Below, one piece after another: positions 1-13,826 of a DNA stretch of 64,000 nucleotides (the stretch's first letter is position 1; the number at the start of each line of letters is the position of its first letter). Made by a program: the position numbers and the translations under genes. The notes below the pieces were generated by a model, which saw only the letters and a program-made list of their open reading frames with translations, did no database searches and was not told the DNA's origin. This DNA comes from Azolla caroliniana (taxonomy: Eukaryota; Plantae; Polypodiophyta), in assembly GCA_043228905.1 (NCBI GenBank), contig JBHGNT010000064.1, forward strand, positions 62,001 through 126,000, given 5' to 3'.

Positions 1-1005
1 GATTTTATAGTTTTGAAAGGATGAGTGATGATGTTGTCGAGGGCTGAAGTAGAATTTCATGAGGGGATGAGGAGGAGAGCAAATTCATGAGGGGAGAAGG
101 AGAGCACACTCGAGATGGATATGACTTCATGGTACTTTCTTTGCCTCCAAAGATTGGCTAGGTTTGTTTCTTATTTAGCTTTACCTACAAAGATTGACTA
201 CGGTTGTATGTAATATTGGAGTATTGTGTATAATGCCTCTGGCCACTTTAATTTCATACCAATGGAGGATGTTTTTTTTATAATAAAAAGACCTAATATT
301 TCTCTTACGAGTATGGCCTCAAGTTTAGGTAGATATTTTTTCATAGATTTTAAAGTTGCAATCACAATCCATGACGTTGTGATAGACACGACACGGTGGT
401 GCTTAGTGAGCGTAAAAGTGTCAACTCATACAAGAAAACAAAGTCTACTAAACATGATATTTTAATAATCCCTTTCTCTTGGATGTTTCAAGTCAGATAT
501 TTTCTAATGGTTCCGGGAAAAATAGTTATCCATCATTTGGCCATGCGAATGCGTGTCTTTCGTATGGAATACCCATCGGTTTTACAAATATAATCAAATT
601 ACCCCTACTGCTTATTTAAATCAAGTTTAAAACTAATAATCAGGCATATAAGATATGTATATATAGATAGATATATGTATGTATGTATATATGTGGGCTC
701 TAACGTAACACCAATAATAAGCTTATTGTGAGGGTTTATTAGAGCCAATAATTTACCACTTGCAAAAAATGAAAATGATTGTGAACGTTGGTTGGTTGGA
801 GGCTGGGGCTTATAGTAGCAAGTCAATAACAATGATGAGATTATGAATAATAAGTAAGTAATGTGCTGCAGTTAATAATGCGCATGATAAAATGGATGGA
901 TAGTTATCCCATTCATTCTCATGTACGCATGTACGCATATATGTATACATAAACATATATGTTATACATAGCATTCAAAATCAACCATTCAATAAAAAAG
1001 GAAAA

Positions 1006-1033
1006 ATGGAAAAAGACGATGGCCACACAAAAC

Positions 1034-1071
<38 letters not shown>

Positions 1072-1278
1072 TCTTCTTCTTCCTTCTTCTTCTTCTTCTT
1101 CTTCTTTGTTTTAAGAAGAAGGAAAGGCAGTGACAGAGCGAGAGATAGACACAGAGACACAGAGACACAGAGAGAGGGAGAGAGAGAGAGAGACGCAGAC
1201 ACACAAACGCAACCGCCCCCATCCCGATTCACCAAAAGAGAAAAACAAAGACACAGAGAGGGAAAGAGGCGTGTGTGA

Positions 1279-1312
<34 letters not shown>

Positions 1313-1320
1313 GTATACAT
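1006..1320. repeat. Compound microsatellite block (CT)n, (TTC)n, (GA)n, (AT)n, (ATGT)n upstream of CDSP32
   Basis: Directly visible simple repeats. Confidence 0.85.
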
Positions 1321-1372
1321 CTATAGATAGGTAGATTATATATTTGAGTTTGAGGTCTTCTTGACTCATTCC

Positions 1373-2464
1373 ATGGCGACATCTATCGTGTCTTCTCTTT
1401 CCTCCTCCTCCTCCTCCTCCTCAACACTGACAACGCTCATGATGCAAGTGAGCAGACCGCTGATGGCAGCCTACCATAGAGATTATTACAATGAGTCCAA
1501 TCACAGCTGCAACAGAAGCCGAAGCCTAAGCCGAAGCCGAAGCGGGCGGTGGTCAGATGGCAGGAGGATCCTCCTCCATTTCAGCCCCAGCCCCAGCCCC
1601 AGCCCCTCCATGATGGTAGCAGCAGCCACTTCCGCTTCTTCTTCTTCTTCTTCTTCTTCTTCTTCTTCTCATCAACAGATGAAGACGAAGAAGAAGAACA
1701 TGATGTTGTCCTCCAAGGGGGAGGGGGAAGCAGGGGTGAAGGATGAGGATGCTAATAATGTGGTTCAGGTGCACACGGTGAAGCAATTTGAGGAGGCTCT
1801 GGAGGCGGCAAAGAACAAGCTGGTGGTTGTGGAGTATGCGGCGAGCCACAGCCCGAAGAGCCGGAAGATATACCCGGCCATGGTGGAGCTGAGCACTTCA
1901 TGCCCCGACGCTGTCTTCCTGCTGGTGATGGGCGACGAGTCGAGCGAGACGCAGGAGTTGTGCCGGAGGGCGAAGGTGGAGAAAGTGCCACACTTCGTGT
2001 TCTACAAGAACAAGGAGGTGGTGCACGAGGAGCCAGGAGGTGAAGGGGCGGGGATCGGGCCCGAGGAGTTGCTGGGTGATGTGCTCTATTACGGGGACCC
2101 CGCCGACAACCCCATTGTGCAGCTTCACAGCCGCAAGGAGTTGAAGGATCTGATCCAAGAGCATTCGGCGAGCGGGAAGCTGGTGGTGCTGGACGTGGGG
2201 CTGAAGCACTGCGGGCCATGCGTGAAGGTGTACCCCACGGTCGTCAAGCTCGCGCGCAAGATGAGGGACACCGCCGTCTTTGCGCGCATCAATGGTGACG
2301 AGAACGAGGAGCTCATGGACATGTTGCGCACCATGGACGTCATCCAAGTCCCTACTTTTCTCTTCATCCGTGCAGCCAAGACCTTGGGTCGCTACGTCGG
2401 CTCCGGTCGGGGCGAGCTCATCGGAGAAATCCTCCGGTACCAAGGCGTTCGCGTCACTTACTAA
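1373..2464 (+). CDS. CDSP32: Chloroplast drought-induced stress protein 32 kDa, two-domain thioredoxin; intronless
   Basis: Ser-rich transit-peptide-like N-terminus; first Trx domain with SxxS (SHSPKS); second with [10 protein letters not shown]; C-terminus [23 protein letters not shown] typical of CDSP32. First ATG at 1373. Confidence 0.93.
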   Translation: MATSIVSSLSSSSSSSSTLTTLMMQVSRPLMAAYHRDYYNESNHSCNRSRSLSRSRSGRWSDGRRILLHFSPSPSPSPSMMVAAATSASSSSSSSSSSSHQQMKTKKKNMMLSSKGEGEAGVKDEDANNVVQVHTVKQFEEALEAAKNKLVVVEYAASHSPKSRKIYPAMVELSTSCPDAVFLLVMGDESSETQELCRRAKVEKVPHFVFYKNKEVVHEEPGGEGAGIGPEELLGDVLYYGDPADNPIVQLHSRKELKDLIQEHSASGKLVVLDVGLKHCGPCVKVYPTVVKLARKMRDTAVFARINGDENEELMDMLRTMDVIQVPTFLFIRAAKTLGRYVGSGRGELIGEILRYQGVRVTY

Positions 2465-2879
2465 GTCGACTTTTACTTACTTACAAGTTACTACATATCA
2501 TATATCATATCATAATTTTTAAATGTAACATTTGTTCTCCTCTCAACATTCATCCATCCATCCATCCAATCAATGGTGGTTACTTTCTATCTTTAAATAT
2601 GGATCTTTACTAAGTCTACTGCAAGCAAGCAAACAAGGGGTGGGGTGCATCTCCCCAAATTCATAATTCATATTCATGTACATGATGTAGCACCGATTCG
2701 TCTTTCCACCCTGTAATTTGTAATTTGGCTCCTCCACCCTTACTTTGCAAACACATGTACATTGCAACTCCCGTTTTGTTAGTATTTTAGGATCAAGGAA
2801 TGTGCATGTGCTTTTACCATCCAATGAGCAAATGTAATTGTTTTGCTAATTTATCTCTCACCTCATTGTCTCGTCTCCA

Positions 2880-3340
2880 ACTCATTGTTTCTCGCTACAC
2901 TTACATTGTCCTTTTTTTATTTTAACGCCATTCCAAAACCCACAGGCAAAAACAAAAGGCTTTGGACATTTTCAAACTCTTGCCAAGTGGACTTATGGAG
3001 GCTCCTCCCCCATACTTCCACCCAATAGATAAGCACTAGTGTCACCAAAGTGTTGAAAATATATTTCTTGAGGACCCATCACTTAATTTCTCCATCATTG
3101 CATATGTTCTCGAATGCATAATATATTCTTTTACCTCGCTCCAAGTGGTTGGTAACATATTCATTCCATCTATGTTTTGAAGGAACTTCAAGGCCAAGAT
3201 ATTTAAAACTTTCCACTATTTCAAAGTGGCTCATTATTGTACTAAAATACATGGTTTATCCTTATTTTGGCTCTTCCCAAGTACAATTTTTGTTTCTTAC
3301 AATTGGACATTAAACTTGCACATTCATACTAAACTCTTTC
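2880..3340 (-). mobile_element. Highly degenerate LINE reverse-transcriptase remnant
   Basis: Minus strand near 3180-3216 reads VESFKYLGLEVPS, the KYLG motif at the end of LINE RT; no long ORF; boundaries approximate. Confidence 0.4.
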
Positions 3341-4742
3341 ATTGCCCTCGTAGTAAACCTCTACACATTCCCTAAAGTATTTGCCAAAAAAACACTACAC
3401 CAACTGCATACAACAAAGACATGATATGATGACTACAATCCCAATGTCAACTTATTCAATGCCTTATTCCTTTACAAGCTTGGGAACCATTTGTTCTAAT
3501 TCATCAATGCATGGTGTGTGTGATTAGCAAGGAATTCAAAAAATATGGTATGATTATAGAAAATGGTGACTGTAAATGCTAAATATGGCACAATGGTATG
3601 TTACATTCCTCATGAAGATTCTAATTTCTTTGCTTGTTTGGATAGAGTATAATGAAGGATAATGAAATATATTTAGATGTCTTATTACTCTTACTAGTGT
3701 ACAAATTATAAATAGAATACAATATTCTAAGATGACCTTGGGACAAAAGAACGATTATCATGAAGGCACCATGGAGTGAACTTAAAGATGACATGATAGT
3801 GAAGACATGTTATTTAAAAATCAGTCTATTGGTAACAATATCTCCATATTCCAAAGCACATGATTGATGCACTAGCAGCACTTTTTTATAAACATCGCGA
3901 TCAATTAACATTCAAAGACAAATAGGTGGGGAAAAAATAAACTACTAATAAGCTTAAAAGTAGGAGCATGGAAGCTATACGCACATATATCATACAATCC
4001 TATAAAAAAAGACTTGAAAGGTTTATTATGTAAAGTAGAATATGTTTTCCAAATTCCAAGGCTTTTTACATTTTGCTTAAATTCAGCCTAGAATAATGAA
4101 CTTTTTCTCCCTTCAAAGGCTTAAGCTGTTTACTTTTTTCAAACCAGACTTTCTGAAAACAATGTCACTCCTTATAAACTTGGGTTCACAACATCAAGGG
4201 TGTTATTAGAACTCACTTGTTTTTTGTGTTGTTCACTTATAGTGATTACTTATATCTGCATACTTGTAAACACCCTTTTCTAACAAATGCAGAATGTAAA
4301 AGCTTTTCATCAGATCATGAGTACACAAAAACTGAAACTAACCATAAATGCGCACAGGATTTATGCAGTCAAACCCATTTTATTGAACTATATATAATAA
4401 AGAGAGTTTAGAACATGGGCCAAAGGATTAGGACTTCAATGAGTTAAAACAAACTGTATCTCAATAATTCTCTTAAAGAATCAATTTTTACAAAGTACAG
4501 GGAAACGTGTGGACATGAACAATTAAGAAACCTCAATAAAATTAGCTGCTCGATCCTTTTGCATTTGATAGAAAAGGAGCTGATATCATCTAATCTTATG
4601 GCAAAGTAATAGACATTTGTATCAATGCAATCTTTGATTCGTTCAAGCAAGAAGAAATGTATTTTGCTACATGCCGAAGAATGACGACTGAAGTCCAGCG
4701 ATCAAACATGCTGAGAATGAGAATCTCTCTTTTTCTCCCAAT

Positions 4743-4817
4743 TCAACATGAATCTATACTGATACTTGAGCTCTGATCCTGCAAAGCCACCACTTTACAG
4801 CATTGTCTCCTTGGAGC
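4743..4817 (-). CDS. DUF604 glycosyltransferase, exon 3 (last coding exon)
   Basis: Acceptor TAG|GCT then APRRQCCKVVALQDQSSSISIDSC*; PRRQCC is the conserved C-terminal motif of this family. Preceded by a ~2.1 kb intron. Confidence 0.75.
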   Translation of the reverse strand, partial: APRRQCCKVVALQDQSSSISIDSC

Positions 4818-5628
4818 CTATGAAACCATTACCAACCTTTGTTAAAGCATTTGTAGCGACTGAGAATTTTTAAATCCATTAAACATGCAATCTACACAAT
4901 ATTACCTTCTCAGGGATGCGCATAAACAAAAGTTAGAATGAAATGATAACAAATAACAAATATTTGCGGCGAAAGCTACACTTTCAGTACTTATTCCTCC
5001 TTCATGATGGTAATAATACCGAATACTTGAGCTTATCAAGTGAAGATTATTAAATGGTTTTTTACATGTCAAAAATTATCAGCAGATATGATAACCAAAT
5101 TTCATTCTCACGTCAACTTTCCCCACAAGTAACAAGCAAAGGATAGGAGACAAGCCTCTTCAAACAAGTAAGAGTCCTAAAGACAAATTCAAGCCCTCAA
5201 ACCAAGTCCAGTAAATGCATCTCATTCAAACATACCAGTTGTTTGTTGTTTTTGAAAGCAATACTTGTAAACAACTTGTTAATGTAACCATCATGTTTGA
5301 GATAAATGTATGCAAACAAATTTGCAGACACATTGTCGTCATACCATTTTTATAAAGTTATTCCGTCATCCACTTAATTACAGATTTTAACATATCAATT
5401 CGTCAATTCTACCTAACAAGAGGCATGGCAAAAGATCTTATGGGCCATGGCAATAAATATTAAAATCTAAAAACATGGCATCGCATTACAATAGACTGCC
5501 TTCTCGTATATAGGTCAGTCTACTAAAATACAAGAATCTAACACATGCCTAGTGTCACAAGAGTACTTCATGGATTACCATGCTTCATGGCTATGAGGTT
5601 GGTTTTGTTTCAAATATCCGAATGGGTT

Positions 5629-5673
<45 letters not shown>

Positions 5674-6909
5674 TCATATGGAAGAGGATATTTGATTTAA
5701 AACTTCAGGATAATAATCCTCTAGATTCTTTTCCAATGGTTGTAGGATCTAAAAGACAGGAGGGACAGAAAGAAAACAATGTTAAAGTGACCACACAAGA
5801 ACCAAAAAACTATTAAAACCATCATGTCTAATGCCCAAACCAAATTGAGTTCATCTATAAACTAGAAGCGAAATGTAATCTAGTAATGTAAATTGAACAA
5901 GTGAACCTAGCCGCGAGCAAGACTATAAAAGAATCTGTGTGACTATAAAAGAATCCCTGTAGCGAGCATCTCAAACTGTCAATCACCATTCCAAAAAGGT
6001 CAATATCTGGATTGATATCTTTATTTATTTCCTGATTCCTTCCTTTTAACACTATATCCTAACTTTTATTTGCTTAAGGCAACGTGATGCCCTCTTGTTA
6101 ATTCAGGCTTTTTTATCTTACATTATGCAGCCCTACATTGATTTTTATACATGGAAGAATACAGTTGGATGAATGTTTGTTTTAAAACATAGCACAAGAT
6201 TATATCTAGGTTCTGCAGTTCATTATTAAAGTGATCTCTGTCGTTGTTCTAGAACACTAATTCTTTTTGCTGACAATTGTCTGCCATAATCCATCCAAAG
6301 AAAAGTATTTTCGCTGCAGATCTTTCGACACACTGTAGGAGAATCCATTTAATCTATAACTAAAACTCCACTTTAATAAATTTCATACCTATGTCATAAT
6401 TTATCAAACCCTCTCCCTCTTTAACTGAGAATCAATGTGTCTGCATATATATAAACACACAAACGATAAAAAATTTCATAAGACATTTGATTTCTATTTG
6501 GTCATATCTATTCATGTCATGAATTCCCTGTAATGAAGTAATTTGATTTACTTCATTCTACTTGTCCTTGCTGTTTCCTTTTTGGCCCAGAAGAGCGTGT
6601 GCATTTGTGTTCAACAGGAATAAAGGGCATAACACTCAACTAAAGCATGATTCCAGAGATCATCAGTAAAAATTCATCTCAGAATCTTCCAGAGAAAATA
6701 TTAGGTTAGATTTCTAGTGTCCAGGCATCTCTGGTTTCATATGTTGTCATGCATAATCTCATGTAGTGATAATACTAACAGTATATGAAATTCCTGACCA
6801 TAAATTCTATGTTGAAATGAAGAAGCAATGATCAAAAACAAAAAACAAGATGACGGGAAAAAGGAAAGCAAAACCAAATTCAAAATTAAGTTTTTTGACC
6901 TTTCATTAC

Positions 6910-7461
6910 CTTGAACCAGCGTTCTTTCATGGGTTTGCTCACAACTCGAATATGCTTCATATCATCTCGATGAGATGCATATGAGAAGCAGAATGACCAC
7001 CTCCTCCTGCTATCTCTCCGCACATCACGCTTGTAAATACTCACCATGTCTATTCCATCATGATAGATCTCATCCAAAAAGAAGAGTATCGGTTTGTTGC
7101 AAACAGACCTACTAGTTGCTCGTGTATCAAAATCGAACTCCCCTCCTCCGTTCTTTTTGTTCCATGCCTTGAAAGTGATCTCACGCCTTTCCAACTCTCG
7201 AGGCAGGAGAACATATGGGTATACTTGTACCACATAGCCAAGAGAAATAGAGAACGTCAACTGCTTCTTCCGATCATAACAGATGCATCGTTGCAAGAAG
7301 CTACTTGGCTCTGTCTTCATCGCCTTTGTCAAATGCTGCAATCCCTCCATTGCACTGTATTGAGGGAAGAATGGGTCCATTTCCTCGAGATGATGCATCG
7401 ATATGAAAGGTGCGATCGGATGGCCAACAAGCAGACCAAATGCATTTCCGTGGACATCAAA
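6910..7461 (-). CDS. DUF604 glycosyltransferase, exon 2
   Basis: Acceptor TAG|TTTGAT gives FDVHGNAFGLLVGHPIAPFISMHHL...SISLGYVVQVY...TFKAW...FDTR...; 552 nt, phase 0; donor AAG|GTA at 6910/6909. Confidence 0.88.
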
Positions 7462-7694
7462 CTACGAGCAAAATACAAGTAGAAGTCCTTTAGCGGAATG
7501 TATCAAATAAAAGAGTCTTCTGTTTGATCTGTAAACACCTCCTTTTATTATTATTATGTGGGTATATAGTGTACATACTGACTGTTGTTTAATTCAGAAG
7601 GAGAGAATACCCTTGAGTTGAAGTCACGCAGTGACAAAGAGAGAAACATATTTCATAGGTTACATGAATAGAGAAGGCTGGGTTTTTGTTTCAC

Positions 7695-8405
7695 CTGATG
7701 AAAGCCAGGTTCCTTGGTGAGAGGGACTCCCAATTCAGATATGCATGCATGTAGACGGTCGTCACTCCCGAACAAGAAGGGGTAACGTTCCAAGCAGTCA
7801 TCCAACATGCCTGAGAGGGCCTTGGCAAGCGCATAGCTAATGGCGATCCCTCCTCCCCCAAATGCCATCCCATGGCTGAAATATGTGTTTGATGAATGGC
7901 TCTCTGAAGGATTCCCTATATAGTACAATTCCTTGGAATCATACTTACCCAGGACTCGTAGAAGGTTGTCTGCTGCAAACACGGTGTCGTCATCTCCCAT
8001 CACAAACCAATGCACATCTGGTAGATCCAACCTGAAAGCTTCTTGAACAATTCGCGCAATTCGGATGCCCGAAGGATGACCTGTTGGATTGGTGTAAGTG
8101 AAATTGCTGGTATCCTCTGACACCTTGACTTCCGGGAGGAGAGATTCATCATCATCATCATCAGAAGAAGAAGAAGAAGAAGAACTCCGATTATCTTCTT
8201 CTTCTTCTTCTTCGATGCTTTTCTCTAACCATACAAACCCTCTCATTTCCCCAGGTTTCCACCAGAGCTTCACATACTCCTTGCGCCGTGGCCACAGCTG
8301 AGCGGCACCCGCAATTCCGAACACGATTTGGCTCATCCTCAGATCCTCTGTCTTATTAGAGGAGGAGATGAATCCGTGCCATTTGCTTCCAATATAAAGA
8401 CGACG

Positions 8406-8440
<35 letters not shown>

Positions 8441-8801
8441 CAGTCGTATTGGTGTTGCTATATTCCACTTCCAAAGGTTCCCAAGGGAAAGAAGAAGAAG
8501 AAGAAGAAGAAGAAGAAGAAGAGGCGGTGGTGATGCTTTGTTGTTTCTTCTGGTGCCTGCAAGTGTAGCGTGATGAGAAGACCAAAGAGATCCAGGCGCA
8601 CGTGGTGAAGGCGAGGAGAGTGGTAATGAGGAGGACCGTGCTCGTCTTCACGTGCTTCCATCGTCGGCTTCTGCTCCCCAACCCCAACCCAACTCCTACC
8701 CCCATTATTTTGTTGTTGTTGTTATTGTTGGGATTATTGTTGGGATTGGTGGTGGTGGTGGTGGTGGTGAGGAATCGCTCTACCTGGTACTTGTGTGACA
8801 T
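7695..8801 (-). CDS. DUF604 / Fringe-like beta-1,3-glycosyltransferase, exon 1
   Basis: N-terminal TM anchor; IVFGIAG, WFVMGDDDT, YYIGNPSESH, MAFGGGGIAIS, GSDDRLHACISELGVPLTKEPGFHQ; donor CAG|GT at 7695/7694. Start codon could be a later Met. Confidence 0.9.
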
Positions 8802-9003
8802 GGTCTGCCAATCCTCTCATGCCCTGCCTGCCTTCTCTGTCTTCTCTGCTCTCTCTCTCTCTCTCTCTCTGATGATGATGATGATGATGATGAGTTCTGC
8901 TTTCTTTGGTCAGGCCGCTCTGCTTTGTTTTGGCCATCGACGAAGAGGACGAGGAAGAGGAAGAGGAAGAGGAGCGGCCCGGGCCATGGGGGACGATGAT
9001 GGC

Positions 9004-9057
<54 letters not shown>

Positions 9058-9416
9058 GGTGGTTTGTCTGTGTGCCTCTGGCTGTGGGTGGACGGGGTCG
9101 GTGTCTCTCTCTCTCTCTCTCAAAAGAAAAAGAAAAACAAAAAGAAGTGAAGGCATGCCATGCCATGCCATGCATCGTATGATCTGATACGAAGATATAT
9201 ATATATATATATGTACACAGTACATATATATGTATACATATGTTATGGATGGATGGATGTGATGGGACACGCCACATCTGTATTTGCAACCAAATAATAA
9301 CACGGCTTGTGTGGAAGGAAGTCGTGGTCATGGATAGACGTGCGAGCAATCTGCATCGTCAAATCATTCATTATCTAGGACAAGTGCACGTTTGTAACTA
9401 ACCTGAGCCATTGAAA

Positions 9417-9570
9417 TTTCTAACCCGGTCCGGTCTATACCACTTCTAACGCGGGTCCATATTTCTAACTCGGGCCCTGTCACTTCTAACCTAGGTCCAT
9501 GTTTCTAACTCAACTTCTATCAATACTAAACTAGCCACCATTTTCTAACCCGACGTTAGTATCTAACCTT
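9417..9570. repeat. Degenerate ~20-bp tandem array of TTCTAAC(C/T)CGG-like units
   Basis: About 7-8 occurrences of (T)TCTAAC at roughly regular spacing. Confidence 0.55.
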
Positions 9571-10127
9571 GTGTTCACCAATAATATATGACATATGGTG
9601 TGAACGAAAGAAATTTGAAATTTTATTTCTGTGGACTGCCTCCTGACATAGAAGCAAATTGAATCCCTAGCAAACCCCTAATAGACGAGCAGTTTAGGGT
9701 TACACACGGCATGACCCCTTCCTTTGTACTCATGAGAAGAAGAGCATCTTCACCATCATCCATCCATCCATCATCATCAGTCTCCTCCCCCACCATGCTC
9801 CAAGCGATGAGAGCTCCCACTCTTCACTATCGTTCTTTGGCTGTGGGGACAAAGTTGCCCAGATTTTCCATCTTCACTTCAAAATACCCCTTCTATAAGA
9901 GAAATCAGAGGATTGAACAGGAGTTGTTGCTTGTGAATACACACCTACTCTTTCCTCACGAATTCAGTTCTTGCATTGTTAGATTATGATCGGTATCCAT
10001 GAGAAACTTTTTGTGAACTTTTCATTTGATAGCTCTTCTCTTTCAAATAATATATTAGTGTTGAGAATCAAACTCAACTTCCCTATCGTGGGAACACACC
10101 TTAGGAATAGCCAAGTGTGTACACATC

Positions 10128-11059
10128 AATAAAACTTGGAAGATCATTACTGCTCTCTCAGAATGTAACGATACCAGCAGCTCAGAAACATTGGACCAAT
10201 TGGGGTGTTTCCACTTTGCATTTGGGAACCTATTGGAAATGGATATGGTCATTCAAGGGGCTAACTAAATTTATTCTCTTTCGATGGTTATTAGTGCATA
10301 TGTCACTACCTGTTGGTCATTCATTGAAAGGGAATGTCGCACCCAATTTGCGGCAATGTGGCTTTTGCCATGAACCTTTGGAGGCTACCAAGCATGTCTT
10401 ATGGTCCTGTTCTTTTGCTCAACAAGTATGGAAGAAAGTCATGTATTTATTCCTAACAATCAATGTAGGTTGCCTATTCTCATGGGGATCAGAGATGTGG
10501 GGAGTATTACGTTCTGGCTTGATGTTGTATGAGGCAAACGATGTTCATGAGGCAATGACAATACATAATAGAAGATTGATATTAGTTAGTCCCTTCCAGC
10601 AACCTCGCAAGCAGGTGCGATCTGTCCAAATTTGGAAAACTGTGACCACAATAACATTATGGGCATTATGGAAATATCAATGTAATTGACATTATGATGG
10701 GGTAGACATTCATCTCTTAGATGTGCTGTCTGAGATATGGGTGAACTTGTTGGCAGTAGTCCATGGCCAGTATGACAATATGCAGGGTTCCCTAGATACT
10801 GTGAACAAGAAAAGGAAAAAGCTTCTTCACTTATGGAAAAAGGTGCCCTTGTTTACAATGTCAACTCAAGAACCTCAATGACAATATCGACTTCCATGGA
10901 CTCTTTCTTGAATATCAACAAATGTAAACATCCTTGTATTTTACAGCATTGTATAGGAAAAGTTGTAACCTCCTTGGTAGTTAGGTTCAAGTTGTAGCCT
11001 TTGGGCGTTTTGTTCTTAATACTATTGAAGAAAATCTTTTATAATAAAAAAGAAGAAGA
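10128..11059 (+). mobile_element. 5'-truncated L1-type LINE (zf-RVT / 3' end)
   Basis: CxxC...E...HVLWSC zf-RVT motif and LWALWKYQCN; A-rich tail at ~11041-11059; exact 19-bp TSD AGCCAAGTGTGTACACATC at 10109-10127 and 11060-11078. Confidence 0.88.
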
Positions 11060-11289
11060 AGCCAAGTGTGTACACATCCCACCACTTTGTATCATAACTA
11101 ATGTGTCATAGAACTTAACTTCTATAACCCATAGTTAGTAGGTAGGTAGTTAAGTTCTCACCTCTTTCCCAATAGGGAGTGTAGAAAGACAGTGACCATA
11201 TAAGCACATTCTCCTCTCCTTTGTACTTGTTGGTTGTTTTTCATCTTCTTGTGAATACAGTTTTATTGTTTTTCTGTATACTTTGTGTC

Positions 11290-11290
<1 letters not shown>

Positions 11291-11323
<33 letters not shown>

Positions 11324-13826
11324 AATAATGGCTTTCATTACGAAAGGAAAAAACACCACCATAACTAACTTACTACAAAGTATAGAACCCTTCTATCTAG
11401 GGATCTAAAGAATACTACGACACCAAACTCAATGCCACCCTACACACAAATCCAAATGGCGAATATGTTGATATGTGACCTTGTAGAGTTCTCTCTCTTC
11501 CTGGTTGAGATTTCGTGACTTCTCTAGCACTGTCAATTGCCACAAAAGAAGTCCTTCTAACTTTAGAACATATTTTCTCACCCCACTTGTGAATAAAAAA
11601 TGACGGCATTTCACATATTCCGATTGAACCATAGCCCCCAATACCTCAAGAACTCAAAAATAATTTGAAAATGAGGCTTCGGTTCATTGTTCTCCATATG
11701 TGCAAAAACCCAACTGAAGGAAGATAGACTTACTCTTGTTAGAGACATCCACACTAAATTGATACACCTCCAAACCATCATTGCCATCGGGCATGAAATA
11801 AATCGATGCCTACTATGTTCCAAATCCACCGAACAAAAGAAACACAATCCTTTAGTAATGTTTTTTTTTTTTAATGCATCCCCTAATGGTAAAGCTCCAA
11901 CCATAACTCTCCAAATAAATACCTTGGCTCATAGCATCAATCAAGAACACCAACCTGCCTTGATCACATGAACCCACCAAGTAATGGGCTTATGAAAACC
12001 CCATATCTTTAAAACCCTTTCTTCCAACCACTTATGTTTGTCAATCAACTTGTGATAAGAAACATTCGTTGAGATCATAGTCAATCTCTTATTTCCAACA
12101 AACATCCAATCAAGCTCTTCAGATCGCCCATCTAAATCAGGAATTGGCTCATGTGCGAAGATAGTATTTGTTGCAACTTATCCCAAATAAAGGTATAACC
12201 TTTTGGAATACGAAATGTTGATCTTATTGTTTGAAAATCCATTAAATTTTTTTGTGAAACCAACATAGCATCCTTAACTGTTACCAAACCCAATCTAGCA
12301 ATCCGATGAAATTGAAGGTTAAGAATTTGTTTACCTTCCCACCTCAACAACGTTGATGTTGCCAAAACCTCCATTTGTAATGAATTGTCACATCCCCTTT
12401 CTTGTGGGGGATGCCATTCCACAAAATCCAACATACTTTGCCAAGATGTCAACAAATGATTAACTATCATAGACCCTACACATTTGATATCCCTGTCAGA
12501 ATTAATTACATTCCACCAATTCGCTTCAACCTTCATGTTTCCAAGCTTAATTATATTCTTCTCTATAAAGTATGCCACCATTTCTGTCCAAGGTTGTACA
12601 CCTTCAAACATAAATGAATGAACGTAAATTGACAAGCCACCATACGGTCATATAGATTCAATATTGATGCCCCACCAAGACGCATCAAAATACAAACATG
12701 ATCCCATGCCAACCACGACAAGGCAATTTCCCCTTTTCTTTTCCATAACAACATTCGCATCGAGTGTGACAACATTTCAAGAGCTTTCTTTGACCATGGG
12801 AGCAAAGGAAGATAATACGATACCATAGAGACCATAATCGATTGAACCACCTTAAGTCGTACATGAAAAAGCCAAAATTGAGACCTCCAATACATAAACT
12901 TATCCTCCAACCTTTTGGATACCCACTCAATAAGTTTCACATGAGAAACTTCCACCCCAATTGGATATCCAAGGTGACGACAAATCATACCACAATGTAC
13001 TATCCTTCCTGACCACCCCAACCATAACACATCTTGTTTTGTACATAAAATGAGGACAGATTTATGTATATTAATTCTCAACCCTGAAGCATTTGAAAAC
13101 AATTCCCACGTATCTCTTGTGTTACTAATATTTTCCCGATTAGGTGCCAAAAACATAATATGGTCATCTACGAGAGCTTGAACAATACATGGCTTCCCTA
13201 ATGGCAACCTTAGTCCAAACAATTCTTCCTCCATAGCCATATTGTGTAACTTAACAAGAATAGGATGTGTCACAATAGTGAATAGTAAAGGACTTCCCGT
13301 GCATCCTTGTCTAACTGACCTCCGAATAGAAATTGGTTGTGTTTCTCCTCCATTAAACATCACATGTGAAACCGAACCCTCCCCTAATGTGTATATCAAC
13401 TTAGACATACGATCACCAAAACCTATATGAGACATCAATTGATTTATAAATGATCAATCCACATTATCATAGGTTTTCTTGATATCCAATTGTAGCAACA
13501 CTAATTCTTGTTTAGACTCATTTGCATAGTCAATTGCCATTTGAACATTTAAAATATTATGTAAAATGTCTCTTTTTGCTAAAAACCCATATTGAGCATT
13601 ATGAATAATAGAAGGTAAAACCTTATGCAACCTATTGGCCATCACTTTGGCAAAAATCTTGTACATTCCCCCCATCAATGAAATAGGCATCCATTGACCA
13701 AAGGAAGAGGGAGAAGGAACCTTAGACAAAAGCTTTATCAAACCAATCTTCCAAGAATGAGGCATTTCCCTTGATTCCACACCTTCTGAAATAAAACTGA
13801 AAAAGGCCCCTTTAACTTTAGACATA
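11291..13826 (-). mobile_element. Degenerate L1-type LINE ORF2 (RT plus zf-RVT), interrupted by a Copia insertion
   Basis: W(R)PISL...YKIFAKVMANRL, QYGF, LDIKKTYDNVD, SVRQGC..SPLLF, ALVDD, RHLGYPIG, CFFC...H.FISC; many stops; 3' end abuts a (GA)n tract. Confidence 0.88.

Noticed and set aside
1-600. Short ORFs at the window start
   Set aside because: No recognisable motif; possibly decayed repeat, cannot be supported.
989-1382. Short ORFs upstream of CDSP32 and around 8602-9349
   Set aside because: Translations of microsatellites.
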